Assembly (NCBI GenBank): GCA_040219255.1
Contig: JAVJSW010000037.1
Span: forward strand, 96,001-160,000
Source of the DNA: Sumerlaeia bacterium
Lineage (GTDB): Bacteria > Sumerlaeota > Sumerlaeia > SLMS01 > JAHLLQ01
Reading direction: 5' to 3'
DNA length: 64,000 nt
The stretch's first letter is position 1. Each line of letters opens with the position of its first letter. The translations under genes and the position numbers were made by a program. The notes under the pieces are model-generated. The model saw nothing but the letters and a program-made list of their open reading frames with translations, was not told the origin of the DNA and did no database searches. Of the stretch, positions 9,358 through 19,578 are shown in pieces.

Positions 9358-10836
9358 TCACTGCGACCCGATGCTACTCTTGATATCGTTCAGCGGGATT
9401 TCCAGCTTTTCGATCTTGTCGTAAAGATTCCGGCGGCTCATGCCGGCTTGGCGGGCGGCTTCCGAGACGCTGCCGTTGAACTGGCGCAGGAGCGCCTCCA
9501 GGTACTCGCGCTCGAAGCTATCGCGGGCGGTTTTGAAATCGGGGACTTCTTCGACCATGGCCTGGGCCGAGAGGGAGAGTTTGGTGACCACGGTGGAGCT
9601 GCTGCCGCGGCGGCTGGCGCCGAATTCTTCCGGCAGCATCTCCGTCGTGATGATGTCGGTGTCCGAGAGCACCACCAGCCGTTCGATGAGGTTGCGCAGT
9701 TCACGGACGTTGCCGCGCCATGAGGCTTTGCGGAGGCAGTCGGTGAGGGGTTCGGAGAAGCGGAGTCCGGGGCGGTTGTACTTGAGGGCGAGGTGCCGCA
9801 GGAATTGTTCGGCGATGATGGGGATGTCTTCGCGGCGCTCGCGCAGGGGGGGCATCTGGATCGTGATGACGTTCAGGCGGTAGTAGAGATCTTCGCGGAA
9901 GGTGCCGTCGTTGATGGCGGCGCGCAGGTCGCGGTTGGTGGCGGAGACGACGCGCAGATCCACGGGGATGTGGGCGACGCCGCCGACGCGGGTGATTTCG
10001 CGCTCTTGAAGGACGCGCAGCAGTTTGGCCTGCATCGCTAGGGGAAGCTCACCCATTTCATCCAGGAACAGGGTGCCTCCATCGGCCAGTTCGATCAGGC
10101 CGATCTTCGTGCGGTCGGCTCCGGTAAAGGCTCCGCGTTCGTGGCCGAAAAGTTCGCTCTCCAGCAGGTTTTCCGGGATCGAGGCGCAATTGATGGCGAC
10201 GAAGCGCCCCTTCTTGCGGGGGCTCAGATCGTGGATGGCCCGGGCGGCGAGTTCCTTTCCGGTGCCCGACTCGCCAGTGACGAGAACGGGGCTGTCGGAG
10301 GGGGCGACTTTCTTGAGCATCTCGCGGGCTTTGTCCATGGCGGGCGAGACGCCCATCAGGCGGCGCTCTTCCTTCAGGGAAGCGGCCGCTGGCTGGGGAC
10401 CCCGATTGTAGGCTTCGGACAGGGCCGAGTTCATTTCCTTGAGCCGCTTGTGCTCGAAGGCCCGCGCGATGGTCAGAAGCATCTCGTCGGTCTTGAAGGG
10501 CTTGGTGATGTAATCCAGCGCCCCCAGCTTGACGCACTCGATGGCGCCGGCGATGGTGCCATAGGCGGTCATCATGATGACTTCGCAGGGCAGGCCCATC
10601 TCGCGAATGCGGGCCAGGACGTCGCGGCCGTTCATCTCGGCCATGCGGATGTCGGAGAGGACGACGTCCGTCGGGGTGGCTTCCAGGGCCTTGAGAGCGG
10701 CTTCCGGCGACGTGAAGGCCGTCACCGAATAGCCTTCCATGGTCAGGACTTTGGTCAGGATCTTCCCCATGTTCTCTTCATCGTCGAGAACGAGGATAGT
10801 GCCGCGAAAGGGTCGTTGGTCCTGGGGTCGGGTCAT
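9358..10836 (-). CDS. Sigma-54-dependent response regulator (NtrC/AtoC family: REC-AAA+-HTH)
   Basis: REC (VLDDE, SDIRM, TKPF), [38 protein letters not shown], Fis-type HTH. Confidence 0.95.
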   Translation of the reverse strand: MTRPQDQRPFRGTILVLDDEENMGKILTKVLTMEGYSVTAFTSPEAALKALEATPTDVVLSDIRMAEMNGRDVLARIREMGLPCEVIMMTAYGTIAGAIECVKLGALDYITKPFKTDEMLLTIARAFEHKRLKEMNSALSEAYNRGPQPAAASLKEERRLMGVSPAMDKAREMLKKVAPSDSPVLVTGESGTGKELAARAIHDLSPRKKGRFVAINCASIPENLLESELFGHERGAFTGADRTKIGLIELADGGTLFLDEMGELPLAMQAKLLRVLQEREITRVGGVAHIPVDLRVVSATNRDLRAAINDGTFREDLYYRLNVITIQMPPLRERREDIPIIAEQFLRHLALKYNRPGLRFSEPLTDCLRKASWRGNVRELRNLIERLVVLSDTDIITTEMLPEEFGASRRGSSSTVVTKLSLSAQAMVEEVPDFKTARDSFEREYLEALLRQFNGSVSEAARQAGMSRRNLYDKIEKLEIPLNDIKSSIGSQ

Positions 10837-10872
10837 GGGTCGGTGGGAAGATTCGGCGCCGGTTTCGATCTC

Positions 10873-12873
10873 TCAGGCGTTGGAGGCCTTTTCGATGTGG
10901 CTGGCGATCCGGCTGGCGAGCTGCGCCGGCAGGAGGCCGAGTTCTTCGTAAAGCTCCGTTTGCTTGCCATGGTCCACGAATCGGTCCGGGATGCCAAAGG
11001 GAACGGCGCGCCGGGGCGAATCGTTCTCCAGGAGGCTCTCGTTGACCGCGGACCCGAATCCGCCTGTCACGGCATTGTCTTCCACTGTGAAGATGTAGTC
11101 GTGATCTTTCGCCACCTGCAACAACAATTGCGTGTCGAGGGGTTTGACAAAGCGCGCGTTGACGACGGTGACCTTGTGGCCGAGGCGCTTCTCGAGGATC
11201 GCGGCCACCTCGAGGAAATCGCGCACCGTCTTGCCAATGCCGACGAGGGCGATGCGCTTGCCCTGTTGCAAGATCTCGCCCTTGCCGATGGGGAGGGGTC
11301 TGGCGGGGGCGCCAGTATCGACGCCGAGGCCGCTGCCACGAGGATAGCGGACGGCGATGGGCCCCTTCTTTTCGGCCTGGTAGGCCACTCCGGTCGCCAC
11401 CATGTCGCGCAGTTCCGCCTCGTCCTTGGGCGCCATGATGACCATGTTCGGGATGATGCGCAGGTAACTCAGGTCGAAGGTGCCGTGGTGCGTCGGGCCG
11501 TCCGCTCCCACCAGACCTCCGCGATCCAAGACGAAGAACACCGGCAGATCTTGCAGGGCCACGTCGTGGATGACTTGGTCGAAGGCCCGCTGGAGGAACG
11601 TGGAGTAAATCGCGCAGACCGGTTTCATGCCCTCTGTGGCCATGCCCGCCGCCATGGTCACGGCGTTTTCCTCGGCGATACCGACGTCGAAGTAGCGGTC
11701 CGGGTGGACCTTGGCGAAGACATCGAGGCCGGTGCCGGAGTCCATCGCCGCCGTGATCCCGACAATGCTGCGGTCGCTGTTGGCGATTTCCGCCAGACAC
11801 GTTCCGAAAACCTTGGTGAACGGAGGCGGACCCGAGGATTTCTTCATTTCGCCAGTCTCGATCTTCATGTCGGCGGCGGCGTGGTACTTGATCGGATCCT
11901 TCTCGGCGAAGCTGTAGCCTTTGCCCTTCTGCGTGATGACGTGCAGGCAAATGGGACCGTCGAGGTCCTTGATGTGCTCGAGCGTCTCCACCAGCGAGCG
12001 CATGTTGTGGCCGTCGATGGGACCGATGTATCGGAAGCCCATCTCCTCGAAGAACATGCCGGGAACGATCAGGTTCTTGATGCTTTCTTCGAACCGGTGG
12101 GCGTAATCGACGAAGGTGCGGCCGCTGTGCTTCTTGATGAAGCTGCCGATTTCGCGCCGCGCCCGGGTGTAGAGCGGATGCGTCACGGTCTTGCGGAAGA
12201 CTTTGTGGCCGACCCAGACGTTTTCGCTGATCGACATTTCGTTGTCGTTGAAGACCATCAGCATCTTGGTCTTGCGAAGGCCCGCGTTGTTGAGGGCCTC
12301 GTAGGCCATGCCGCCGGTCATGGCACCGTCGCCGATGACGGCGGCCACGCGGAAGTCTTCCTCTTTCAGGTCGCGAGCCGTCGCGATGCCCAGCGCCGCG
12401 GAGAGCGACGTGCTGGCGTGCCCCGCGCCAAAGCAGTCGTACTCGCTCTCCTTGCGCTTCAGGAAGCCGGAGAGGCCGTTGTATTGGCGGATGGTTTCGA
12501 AGCGCTCGTTGCGGCCTGTGAGAATCTTCCAGGCGTAGGCCTGGTGACCCACATCCCAGACCACTTTGTCCTTGGGCAAATCGTACTGGTGCATGAGGGC
12601 GATGGTGAGGTCCACCGCGCCCAGGGGAGCGCCAAAGTGGCCGCCGACGCGGGCGATCACCTCGATGATGCGGGCCCGCACCTCGCCGGCCAGTTGCTCA
12701 AGCTCCGCGATCGAAAGTTTTCGCACATCCCCGGGCGATTGGATACGAGGCAGCAGCGCGTCTCCAGAGCGGAGCGAGGCCTCGCCGTGGGCCGCCGTCG
12801 TGGCGGGGGCTTCCGGCTGGGGAGCGGGAGTGTGGAGCAGGCGGGCCATCTCCTCGGCGTGGGTGTGAGACAT
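10873..12873 (-). CDS. dxs: 1-deoxy-D-xylulose-5-phosphate synthase
   Basis: GGHFGAPLG, WDVGHQAY, GHASTS, GDGAMTGG, GPIDGH, DVGIAE, YSTFLQRAFDQ, DGPTHHG, AVRYPRG; start reassigned to ATG at 12873. Confidence 0.96.
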   Translation of the reverse strand: MSHTHAEEMARLLHTPAPQPEAPATTAAHGEASLRSGDALLPRIQSPGDVRKLSIAELEQLAGEVRARIIEVIARVGGHFGAPLGAVDLTIALMHQYDLPKDKVVWDVGHQAYAWKILTGRNERFETIRQYNGLSGFLKRKESEYDCFGAGHASTSLSAALGIATARDLKEEDFRVAAVIGDGAMTGGMAYEALNNAGLRKTKMLMVFNDNEMSISENVWVGHKVFRKTVTHPLYTRARREIGSFIKKHSGRTFVDYAHRFEESIKNLIVPGMFFEEMGFRYIGPIDGHNMRSLVETLEHIKDLDGPICLHVITQKGKGYSFAEKDPIKYHAAADMKIETGEMKKSSGPPPFTKVFGTCLAEIANSDRSIVGITAAMDSGTGLDVFAKVHPDRYFDVGIAEENAVTMAAGMATEGMKPVCAIYSTFLQRAFDQVIHDVALQDLPVFFVLDRGGLVGADGPTHHGTFDLSYLRIIPNMVIMAPKDEAELRDMVATGVAYQAEKKGPIAVRYPRGSGLGVDTGAPARPLPIGKGEILQQGKRIALVGIGKTVRDFLEVAAILEKRLGHKVTVVNARFVKPLDTQLLLQVAKDHDYIFTVEDNAVTGGFGSAVNESLLENDSPRRAVPFGIPDRFVDHGKQTELYEELGLLPAQLASRIASHIEKASNA

Positions 12874-12955
12874 GGAGATCGAGGTATCCTTAGCGTATGA
12901 CGAGTCGGTCAAAACCCGGAAGGGGAGAAGCTGAGGCGCAAAATGCGGGCCGCGC

Positions 12956-13201
12956 TCAGCTCTCTTCCGCGCTGGGGGAAAATTCTTCCTTGGTGAGGGC
13001 GCCGCCCGGCTCTTCCCGGACGAGCCGTACCCGGCGCTCGAGACTCTCGAGCTTGCCGAGGCATTCCTGCCCCAGCTTGCGTCCTTCTTCGTAGAGGGCG
13101 ATGGATTTTTCCAGGCTCGCCTCGCCGCTTTCGAGCTTGGCGACGATGGCTTCGAGGCGCTCGAGCGATTTTTCGAAGGGTTGATCTGTCTTTTCTGACA
13201 C
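12956..13201 (-). CDS. xseB: Exodeoxyribonuclease VII small subunit
   Basis: FEKSLERLEAIVAKLESGEASLEKSIALYEEG motif; canonical position upstream of dxs. Confidence 0.93.
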   Translation of the reverse strand: MSEKTDQPFEKSLERLEAIVAKLESGEASLEKSIALYEEGRKLGQECLGKLESLERRVRLVREEPGGALTKEEFSPSAEES

Positions 13202-13474
13202 TCGGAAAGTCGCTTTAGGAAGGTTGGATCGGGGGAAGAGCGGGGTCCGTGGCGAGAAATCGGCGGTACCCTGAAATCCAGAGCTATGCGGGCAAGAGGA
13301 GCGCAGGTCAAGGCGAAGGCGTTGTCATCGCCGATCCGAAATCCTGTTCCGCTTGCAACGGTCTCAAACCCGTGATTCATTCCTTCAATAGGCGATTGAA
13401 ACCCGTTTGACATTGTCCGCATTGCAAGTCCCGGTGTTTTATGCCACATCCATGACGAAGGGTGCGCTTGAGCC

Positions 13475-16126
13475 ATGATGCCACTTCTGAAACCCCTTTC
13501 CTCTTCCCGCAGGCGCTTTGCATACTCGCTAAGCCTCCAGGCGGCGATCTTCTTGCTTCTCCCGTTCCTCGCTTTGGCACAGGAAAGCCCCACCACTCAA
13601 CCAACGGATGACGGCATGATTACCATCCACTACCACCGTTTCGACGGCGATTACGAACGCGTCAGTCTCTGGACCTGGGACGGGCGCGATCAGCAAACGC
13701 CCGAGCAGGCGGAAGTCTTCCCCGCCGGAACGGACGATTTCGGCCCTTACTTCCACGTCGATCCCAGCCAGTATGGCGACGACGATGGCCCCGGCGACCG
13801 CATCGGATTCATCCCCCGCCTGCGCCAGGACTGGAATGAGAAGGACGGGACGGATCGGTTCTGGACTCCCCGTTTGGGCAGGGAAATCTGGCTCATCGGC
13901 AATAACTCGAAGTTGTTCACCGAGCGTCCCGAGACCAGCCCGAAGGTGGCCCGCGCCTACCTCGACGGCGCGCAGGAAATCGTCGCCGTGCTCTCCCACC
14001 CGATGGATCGCGACCGTGTCACCGTTGAGAACTTCAAAGTCGAGCAGGTGATCGGGTCGCCGTCCGACGCGGCGGCCGGGCTCTCCAGCTCGAAGAATAT
14101 CGAGATCACGGAAGTCGTGCCGGGCGGATACGCCAACGGGCAGGTCGAGCAGGTCATCATCCGCACCGCCGAGGAACTCCAGTACCCGGGCCCGACTTAT
14201 CATGTCAGCGCCAAGGAATACCGCGCCGGCGCCGTTTCGCCCCGCGCCCTGCTGGACGATCCGACTCGCTATCACACCGCCAAGCCGATGGGCGCCATCT
14301 ATACCCCAGAGGCCACGACGTTCCGCCTTTTCTCTCCCAAAGCCACGGAAGCCACCGTGATCCTTTTCGATGAACCGGTGGGCGAGCAGGGCCGCCAGGA
14401 AATTCCCATGACGAGCGTGGGCAAGGGCGTCTGGGAGGCCACCGTGGAGGGCGACCTGGAAGGCCGCCACTATCGCGTCAGCGCGGAAACCATCTATGGC
14501 ACCGAGCCCCTGGAAGTGAACGATCCCTACGCCACCAACACGGTCGGTCTCGACGGCAACGCGCGCATCACGGACCTGCGGGCCCTCGATCCGGAAGGCT
14601 TCCGTCCGGTTCAGCATCCCTTCACCGGCCGCCCAACGGACGCCGTCATCTGGGAAATCCACATCCGCGACTTCACCATCGCGGAGAATTCCGGCGTGGA
14701 CGCCGACAAACGAGGCAAGTACCTGGGCTTCGTGCAGCCCGGAACGACCCATCCCGACGATCCGTCGATCTCCACCGGCCTCGATCACCTCAAGGAGTTG
14801 GGCATCACCCATGTCCAAATCCTGCCACCCCAGGATTACGACAACCGCGAAGACGATCCCGATTACAACTGGGGCTACATGACCAGCTTTTTCAATTCGC
14901 CGGAAGGCAGCTACTCGAGCGATTTCCGCACCGCGTCCCGCGTCCACGAGTTCAAGAAGATGGTTCAGGAACTGCACAAATCCGACATCGGCGTCGTCAT
15001 CGACGTGGTGTACAATCACACCGCGCCGACGGCGACCTTCGAGGCTGTATGCCCCGGGTATTACCACCGCATGAAGGCCGACGGCTCGATGTGGAACGGC
15101 TCGGGAACGGGTAACGAGTTCCGCAGCGAAGCCCCCATGGGCCGCCAGTTCATCGTGGACTCCCTCAAGTTCTGGGTCGAGGAGTACGGCGTGGACGGCT
15201 TCCGTTTCGACCTGATGGGTCTGATCGATCTGGAGACGCTCAAGCAGGCCAAAGCCGAGCTGGAAGAAATGTATCCCCACATCCTGTTCTATGGCGAGCC
15301 TTGGGCCGCCGCCGGCCAGGATGGCGTCGGCATCAAGAAGATCACCTACAAGAACGTCGTGACCGGCACCGGCATCGGCGCCTTCAACGATCACTTCCGC
15401 GACGCCCTCAAGGGCTCGACGGAAGGCCGCGATGGAGGCTTCGTCCAGAACGGCTCGCGCCGCGACGCCGTGAAGGTCGGCATCATGGGCGGCATCGACG
15501 ATTGGGCCAGCGACCCGATCCAGACGATCAACTACGCCACCTGCCACGACAACCTGGTGCTGTGGGACAAGCTGGAAATCTCCAGCGACGCGGCCGAAGA
15601 AACCCGCAAGAAGATGCAGATGCTGACCGGCGGGATCCTGGGCGTGTCGCAGGGCGTCATGTTCCTGCACGCGGGCCACGAAATGTGCCGCACCAAGTTC
15701 GGCGATCACAACAGCTACAGCAGCGGCGACGAAATCAATCAGGTCGATTGGGACCTGAAAAAGAAGAACAAGGACGTGGTGGATTACCACACGGGCATCA
15801 TCGCCCTGCGCCGGGCCCACCCCATCTTCCGCCTCGACAGTGCCGAAGAAGTCCGCAGCCGCCTGACCTTCCTTGAGGAAGAATTGCCCCATCACAACGC
15901 CATCGTGTTCACCCTGGATGCGGAGGAGTTGGAAGGCGAGAGCTGGAATGGAGCCGCGGTCTTCATCAACCCGACCACGGAGACGCTGACGTTCGAGAAC
16001 CCGCTGGTGGAAGGCGCCATGGTTTACGTTCACGGAACCCAAGCCAGCGCCGAGCCGCTGCGCGCGCTGGACAGCCCAGTCATCGAAGTTCCCGCTCACA
16101 CGATGGCGGTCATCGCGACGGAGTAA
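13475..16126 (+). CDS. pulA: Secreted type I pullulanase (GH13) with N-terminal CBM41-like and CBM48 domains
   Basis: Signal peptide; IHYHRFDGDY..LWTW (CBM41-like); YNWGY, DVVYNH, DGFRFDLM, YGEPW, YATCHDN. Confidence 0.92.
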   Translation: MMPLLKPLSSSRRRFAYSLSLQAAIFLLLPFLALAQESPTTQPTDDGMITIHYHRFDGDYERVSLWTWDGRDQQTPEQAEVFPAGTDDFGPYFHVDPSQYGDDDGPGDRIGFIPRLRQDWNEKDGTDRFWTPRLGREIWLIGNNSKLFTERPETSPKVARAYLDGAQEIVAVLSHPMDRDRVTVENFKVEQVIGSPSDAAAGLSSSKNIEITEVVPGGYANGQVEQVIIRTAEELQYPGPTYHVSAKEYRAGAVSPRALLDDPTRYHTAKPMGAIYTPEATTFRLFSPKATEATVILFDEPVGEQGRQEIPMTSVGKGVWEATVEGDLEGRHYRVSAETIYGTEPLEVNDPYATNTVGLDGNARITDLRALDPEGFRPVQHPFTGRPTDAVIWEIHIRDFTIAENSGVDADKRGKYLGFVQPGTTHPDDPSISTGLDHLKELGITHVQILPPQDYDNREDDPDYNWGYMTSFFNSPEGSYSSDFRTASRVHEFKKMVQELHKSDIGVVIDVVYNHTAPTATFEAVCPGYYHRMKADGSMWNGSGTGNEFRSEAPMGRQFIVDSLKFWVEEYGVDGFRFDLMGLIDLETLKQAKAELEEMYPHILFYGEPWAAAGQDGVGIKKITYKNVVTGTGIGAFNDHFRDALKGSTEGRDGGFVQNGSRRDAVKVGIMGGIDDWASDPIQTINYATCHDNLVLWDKLEISSDAAEETRKKMQMLTGGILGVSQGVMFLHAGHEMCRTKFGDHNSYSSGDEINQVDWDLKKKNKDVVDYHTGIIALRRAHPIFRLDSAEEVRSRLTFLEEELPHHNAIVFTLDAEELEGESWNGAAVFINPTTETLTFENPLVEGAMVYVHGTQASAEPLRALDSPVIEVPAHTMAVIATE

Positions 16127-16175
16127 ATTCCGGACCCGGCCTGGTTTCATGGCCGCCGGTTCCAACAGTCTTGAG

Positions 16176-16206
16176 GCCCCCCGCTCGCCCGGGGGGGCTT
16201 TTTCTT
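16176..16206 (+). terminator. Rho-independent terminator after pullulanase
   Basis: GCCCCCCG-loop-CGGGGGGGC followed by TTTTTCTT. Confidence 0.8.
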
Positions 16207-16382
16207 AGCCTTTCCGGCAGATCGCTCCAATCCCGCCATCAGCCTCGTATTGACTCGCTCGACGCATGGACTCCAGCGTGGTGCGGCACCCTCGGTTCCG
16301 CCAGGAATTGAAGAATCGCGGGTCGCCAAGGGAGCGTCATACAGCTTCCGCCCCCGCCCTCGCTAGAAACGCCCACCCGCCC

Positions 16383-17201
16383 ATGCCGATCCATCCCACC
16401 GCCTCCATTCACCCCTCCGCTCAGATCGCCGACGACGCCGAGATCGGCGCCAACGTCATTGTCAAGGAGGAGTGCGTGATCGGTCCCGGATGCGAGATCA
16501 TGGCCGGGGCCGTGATCGGCCCGAGAACGCGCATGGGAGCCGGCAACCGGGTGCATTACTATGCCGTCATCGGCCATGAACCGCAGTTCATCGGCTTCGA
16601 TCCCTCGACCCCAAGCGGGACGCGCATCGGCGACCGCAACGAATTCCGCGAGCACTCCTTCATCCACCGCGGCCTGAAACCGGGCCAGGACACGGTGATC
16701 GGCAACGAGTGCTACATCATGGGCCACGGCCACATCGCCCACGATTGCATCATCGGCAACAACGTCGTCATCGCCAGCTTCTGCGCCGTGGCCGGTCATG
16801 TGGAAGTCGGCGACCGGGCCTTTCTGTCGGGCAACGTGGCGATTCATCAATTCGCCCGCATTGGCCGCATGGCGATGGTGGGCGGCATGACGGGTGTGAG
16901 CCAGGACATCCCGCCGTTCTGTATCGCGAAGGAGTCGCTGGCGCGCATCTACGGCTTGAACGTGGTAGGTCTGCGGCGTGGCGGCGTGGATCAGGCGGCG
17001 CGCAAGGGATTGCAGCGCGCATTCCGGGCTTGTCTGCGCACGAGCCACTCGCCCGCCAAGGGCGCCGCCGCCTTTCGCGCCGAATGGGGGGGCGAGCCGC
17101 TGCCCGGGGTCGTCGAGGAATTCCTGACCTTCTGCGAGACGAAATCCAAACGCGGCATCACGTCGGCCGTTCGCGAAACGGCGGGAGCGAGCGACGAGTG
17201 A
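16383..17201 (+). CDS. lpxA: Acyl-ACP--UDP-N-acetylglucosamine O-acyltransferase (LpxA family)
   Basis: IHPTASIHP hexapeptide repeats, IHRG, HIAHDC, LSGNVAIHQF, QDIPPF, GLNVVGLRR. Confidence 0.9.
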   Translation: MPIHPTASIHPSAQIADDAEIGANVIVKEECVIGPGCEIMAGAVIGPRTRMGAGNRVHYYAVIGHEPQFIGFDPSTPSGTRIGDRNEFREHSFIHRGLKPGQDTVIGNECYIMGHGHIAHDCIIGNNVVIASFCAVAGHVEVGDRAFLSGNVAIHQFARIGRMAMVGGMTGVSQDIPPFCIAKESLARIYGLNVVGLRRGGVDQAARKGLQRAFRACLRTSHSPAKGAAAFRAEWGGEPLPGVVEEFLTFCETKSKRGITSAVRETAGASDE

Positions 17202-18223
17202 CCACCGCCTCGGCGGAGTCGCCGCCGCGCGCCGCCGCCCAGCCTTCGCCGCAATCATCCGATCTCATCTCGGTGGTCGTCGTGTTTTGGAACGGCCGCG
17301 ATCAGGTCGCCCCGTTCTTCTCCGCCATCGAAGCGGCCAAGAAAACCCTCCCTTATCCGCTGGAAGTCATCGCCGTGGATAACGCCTCGGAGGATGGAAC
17401 CGCCGCCGCCATCGCCAGACAGGCCCCGTGGACGGCGCTCGTGGAGAACGCCGGCAACGAGGGCTTCGCGGGGGGGTGCAATCGGGGACTGGAAGCGGCG
17501 CGGGGCCAGTGGCTCCTCTTGCTCAATCCCGATTGCGAAGCCAACGCCGAAGCTCTCGCGGGCATGGTGGACTACCTGAAGTCCCATCCGAGCGCCGGAG
17601 CCGTGGGCCCCCTGCTGCTGCACGAGGACGGCCTGCCGCAGCACAGCGCCCATCGCGAGCCGTCCTGGCAGTCTTACTGGGCAACCCATTCCCTGGCCAG
17701 CCCGTGGATCGAGACCCTGGGCAAGCGGCTGTGGAAACTGGGCCTGCGCCGCCGCCAGCCCCGGGCCGTGGGATGGCTGATGGGGGCCTGCCTGATGGTC
17801 CGGCGGGAATGCCGCGAGCGGGTCGGTGACCTGCATGAGGCGTATTTCATGTACAGCGAAGACGCCGATTGGTGCCACCGGATCCGGGACGCGGGCTGGC
17901 GGACGGTTTTCCTGCCCGGGTTGACGTTGCCGCACGGCGGGGGAGTTTCCGCCAAGAAGCGGCGCGAATTCACCTTCCGGCGCCTTTACCGAAGCCTGAT
18001 CCTTTACAGTCGGCGCCATCATTCGGCGGGGCAGAACCTCGCGCTGCGGATCTCCATCGCGCTGGATTTATGGCTGCGGCTGCCGATCTATCGGGCCCAG
18101 GGCGATCTCGACCGCCTCGCCAGCACCCGCGCCGTTCTGGCGATGGTGCGGGCGAACGATCCGGAGTTGGCCCTGGAAGCGGAAGCGCCTCGGCCCGCCA
18201 AGAAACCGAAGCGCAAGCGATGA
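17198..18223 (+). CDS. Glycosyltransferase family 2
   Basis: VDNASEDGT, NEGFAGGCNRG, LLNPD, FMYSEDADWC; GTG start overlaps the lpxA stop. Confidence 0.9.
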   Translation: MTTASAESPPRAAAQPSPQSSDLISVVVVFWNGRDQVAPFFSAIEAAKKTLPYPLEVIAVDNASEDGTAAAIARQAPWTALVENAGNEGFAGGCNRGLEAARGQWLLLLNPDCEANAEALAGMVDYLKSHPSAGAVGPLLLHEDGLPQHSAHREPSWQSYWATHSLASPWIETLGKRLWKLGLRRRQPRAVGWLMGACLMVRRECRERVGDLHEAYFMYSEDADWCHRIRDAGWRTVFLPGLTLPHGGGVSAKKRREFTFRRLYRSLILYSRRHHSAGQNLALRISIALDLWLRLPIYRAQGDLDRLASTRAVLAMVRANDPELALEAEAPRPAKKPKRKR

Positions 18224-19416
18224 GCGGCGGCCCGCTAACCATCGCCGCGAATTTTCTGCACGCCCCGCGCGAGTTGACGGGCACCGGCTATTACGCCCTG
18301 CATCTGGCCCGGGCGCTGCTGCGGTTGCCGCAACAGGCCCGCATCGTCGCTTTCTGCACCGCCGAGAACGTGGAGTCCTTCGCCATTCCGGAGGCCCCGC
18401 CGGAGCGGTATCGGCGGATCGTCTGGGGCCGGAGCCGGGGCAACTTGATGCTGCGGCGCGCGGAGGAATGGCTGGGGCTCCACCGGGCCGTGCGGCGTCT
18501 GCCGGCGGAATGGCGGCCAGATGTCTTCTTCGGTCCGTCCAATTTCCTGCCTCCTTTCTCGCCGGGCGTGCCCTGCGTCGTGGCGATCCACGACATGACG
18601 TTTCACCGCCATCCAAAAATCCTGCCGCCGGTGAAGCGCGCTTACTGGCACGCCTGGACCTGGCGCACCGCCCGCGCCGCCGATGCGGTCCTGACGGTCA
18701 GCGAGTCCGCCAAGGCCGACATCGTCCATTACCTCGGACTTCCCTCGGACCGCATCACCGTGACGCTCAATGGCGTGGCGGAGCGCTTTCGCATCGGCGA
18801 GGACGAAGCGGGCCGGCCCACGCGCCAGGCGGCTCTGCGGGCGGCCTTTCCCACCTTGCCCGGCCGCTACATTTCCTTCGTCGGGACCTTGGCGCCGCAC
18901 AAGAATGTGCCGCTCCTGATCGAGGCTCTGGCCCAGGCTCGGCGCAAGCCGGGTTGCGGTGAGATGGCGCTGGCCCTCGCGGGCAAGCGCGGCGCGGGCT
19001 ACGACGCCATCGCCCAGGCCATCGGGCGCCACGGCCTGGGAAAGGCCGTGCTGGAGCTTGGCTACATGAGCGACGCGCACCTTCCGGCGTTCATGGAGGG
19101 AGCCGCCGCCCATGTGCTCCCCTCCATCGCGGAAGGTTTCGGCCTGCCCATCGCCGAGGCGATGGCCTGCGGAACGCCCGTGGTTACCGCAAGCCGGGGC
19201 GCCACGGCGGAGGTCGGTGGCGAGGCCGCTGTCCTGGCGGATCCGGAGGACGCGGGAGCGTGGGCCGAGGCGCTTGCGAGAATGTGGACGGACCCGGAGG
19301 AGCGGACTCGGAGGCGAGGGGCGTGTCTGGCGCGAAGCCGGTGTTTTTCCTGGGAGGAAGCGGCGGTTCGGACGCTGGAGGTTTTCGAGCGAGTCAAATT
19401 AAAGGCGGATTTGTAA
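18220..19416 (+). CDS. Glycosyltransferase family 4 (GT-B)
   Basis: IHDM, VSESAKADI, PHKN, EGFGLPIAEAMACGTPV; ATGA overlap with the upstream gene. Confidence 0.92.
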   Translation: MSGGPLTIAANFLHAPRELTGTGYYALHLARALLRLPQQARIVAFCTAENVESFAIPEAPPERYRRIVWGRSRGNLMLRRAEEWLGLHRAVRRLPAEWRPDVFFGPSNFLPPFSPGVPCVVAIHDMTFHRHPKILPPVKRAYWHAWTWRTARAADAVLTVSESAKADIVHYLGLPSDRITVTLNGVAERFRIGEDEAGRPTRQAALRAAFPTLPGRYISFVGTLAPHKNVPLLIEALAQARRKPGCGEMALALAGKRGAGYDAIAQAIGRHGLGKAVLELGYMSDAHLPAFMEGAAAHVLPSIAEGFGLPIAEAMACGTPVVTASRGATAEVGGEAAVLADPEDAGAWAEALARMWTDPEERTRRRGACLARSRCFSWEEAAVRTLEVFERVKLKADL

Positions 19417-19578
19417 AACATGGCTTGAAACCTGGATAAGAAAATGCTTGCAAGAGACCGCAATTAGTTGCACTCCCCTCCCCATCATTTCCGCGCTCCT
19501 CATTGAACTGTTGACTATTTGGCTTCGATCAGGGTAGCGTGCAACGACACATCCAAACGGAGGCATCCGTCCCTTATT

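Noticed and set aside
10141-12900. Long antisense ORFs (e.g. 919 aa here, 878 aa at 13529-16165, 918 aa at 19399-22155, 820 aa at 5438-7900)
   Set aside because: Shadow frames of GC-rich genes on the opposite strand; no recognisable motifs.
12874-13596. N-terminal extension of dxs in the ORF track (907 aa)
   Set aside because: It overlaps xseB and the pullulanase start; Dxs homology begins after 12873.
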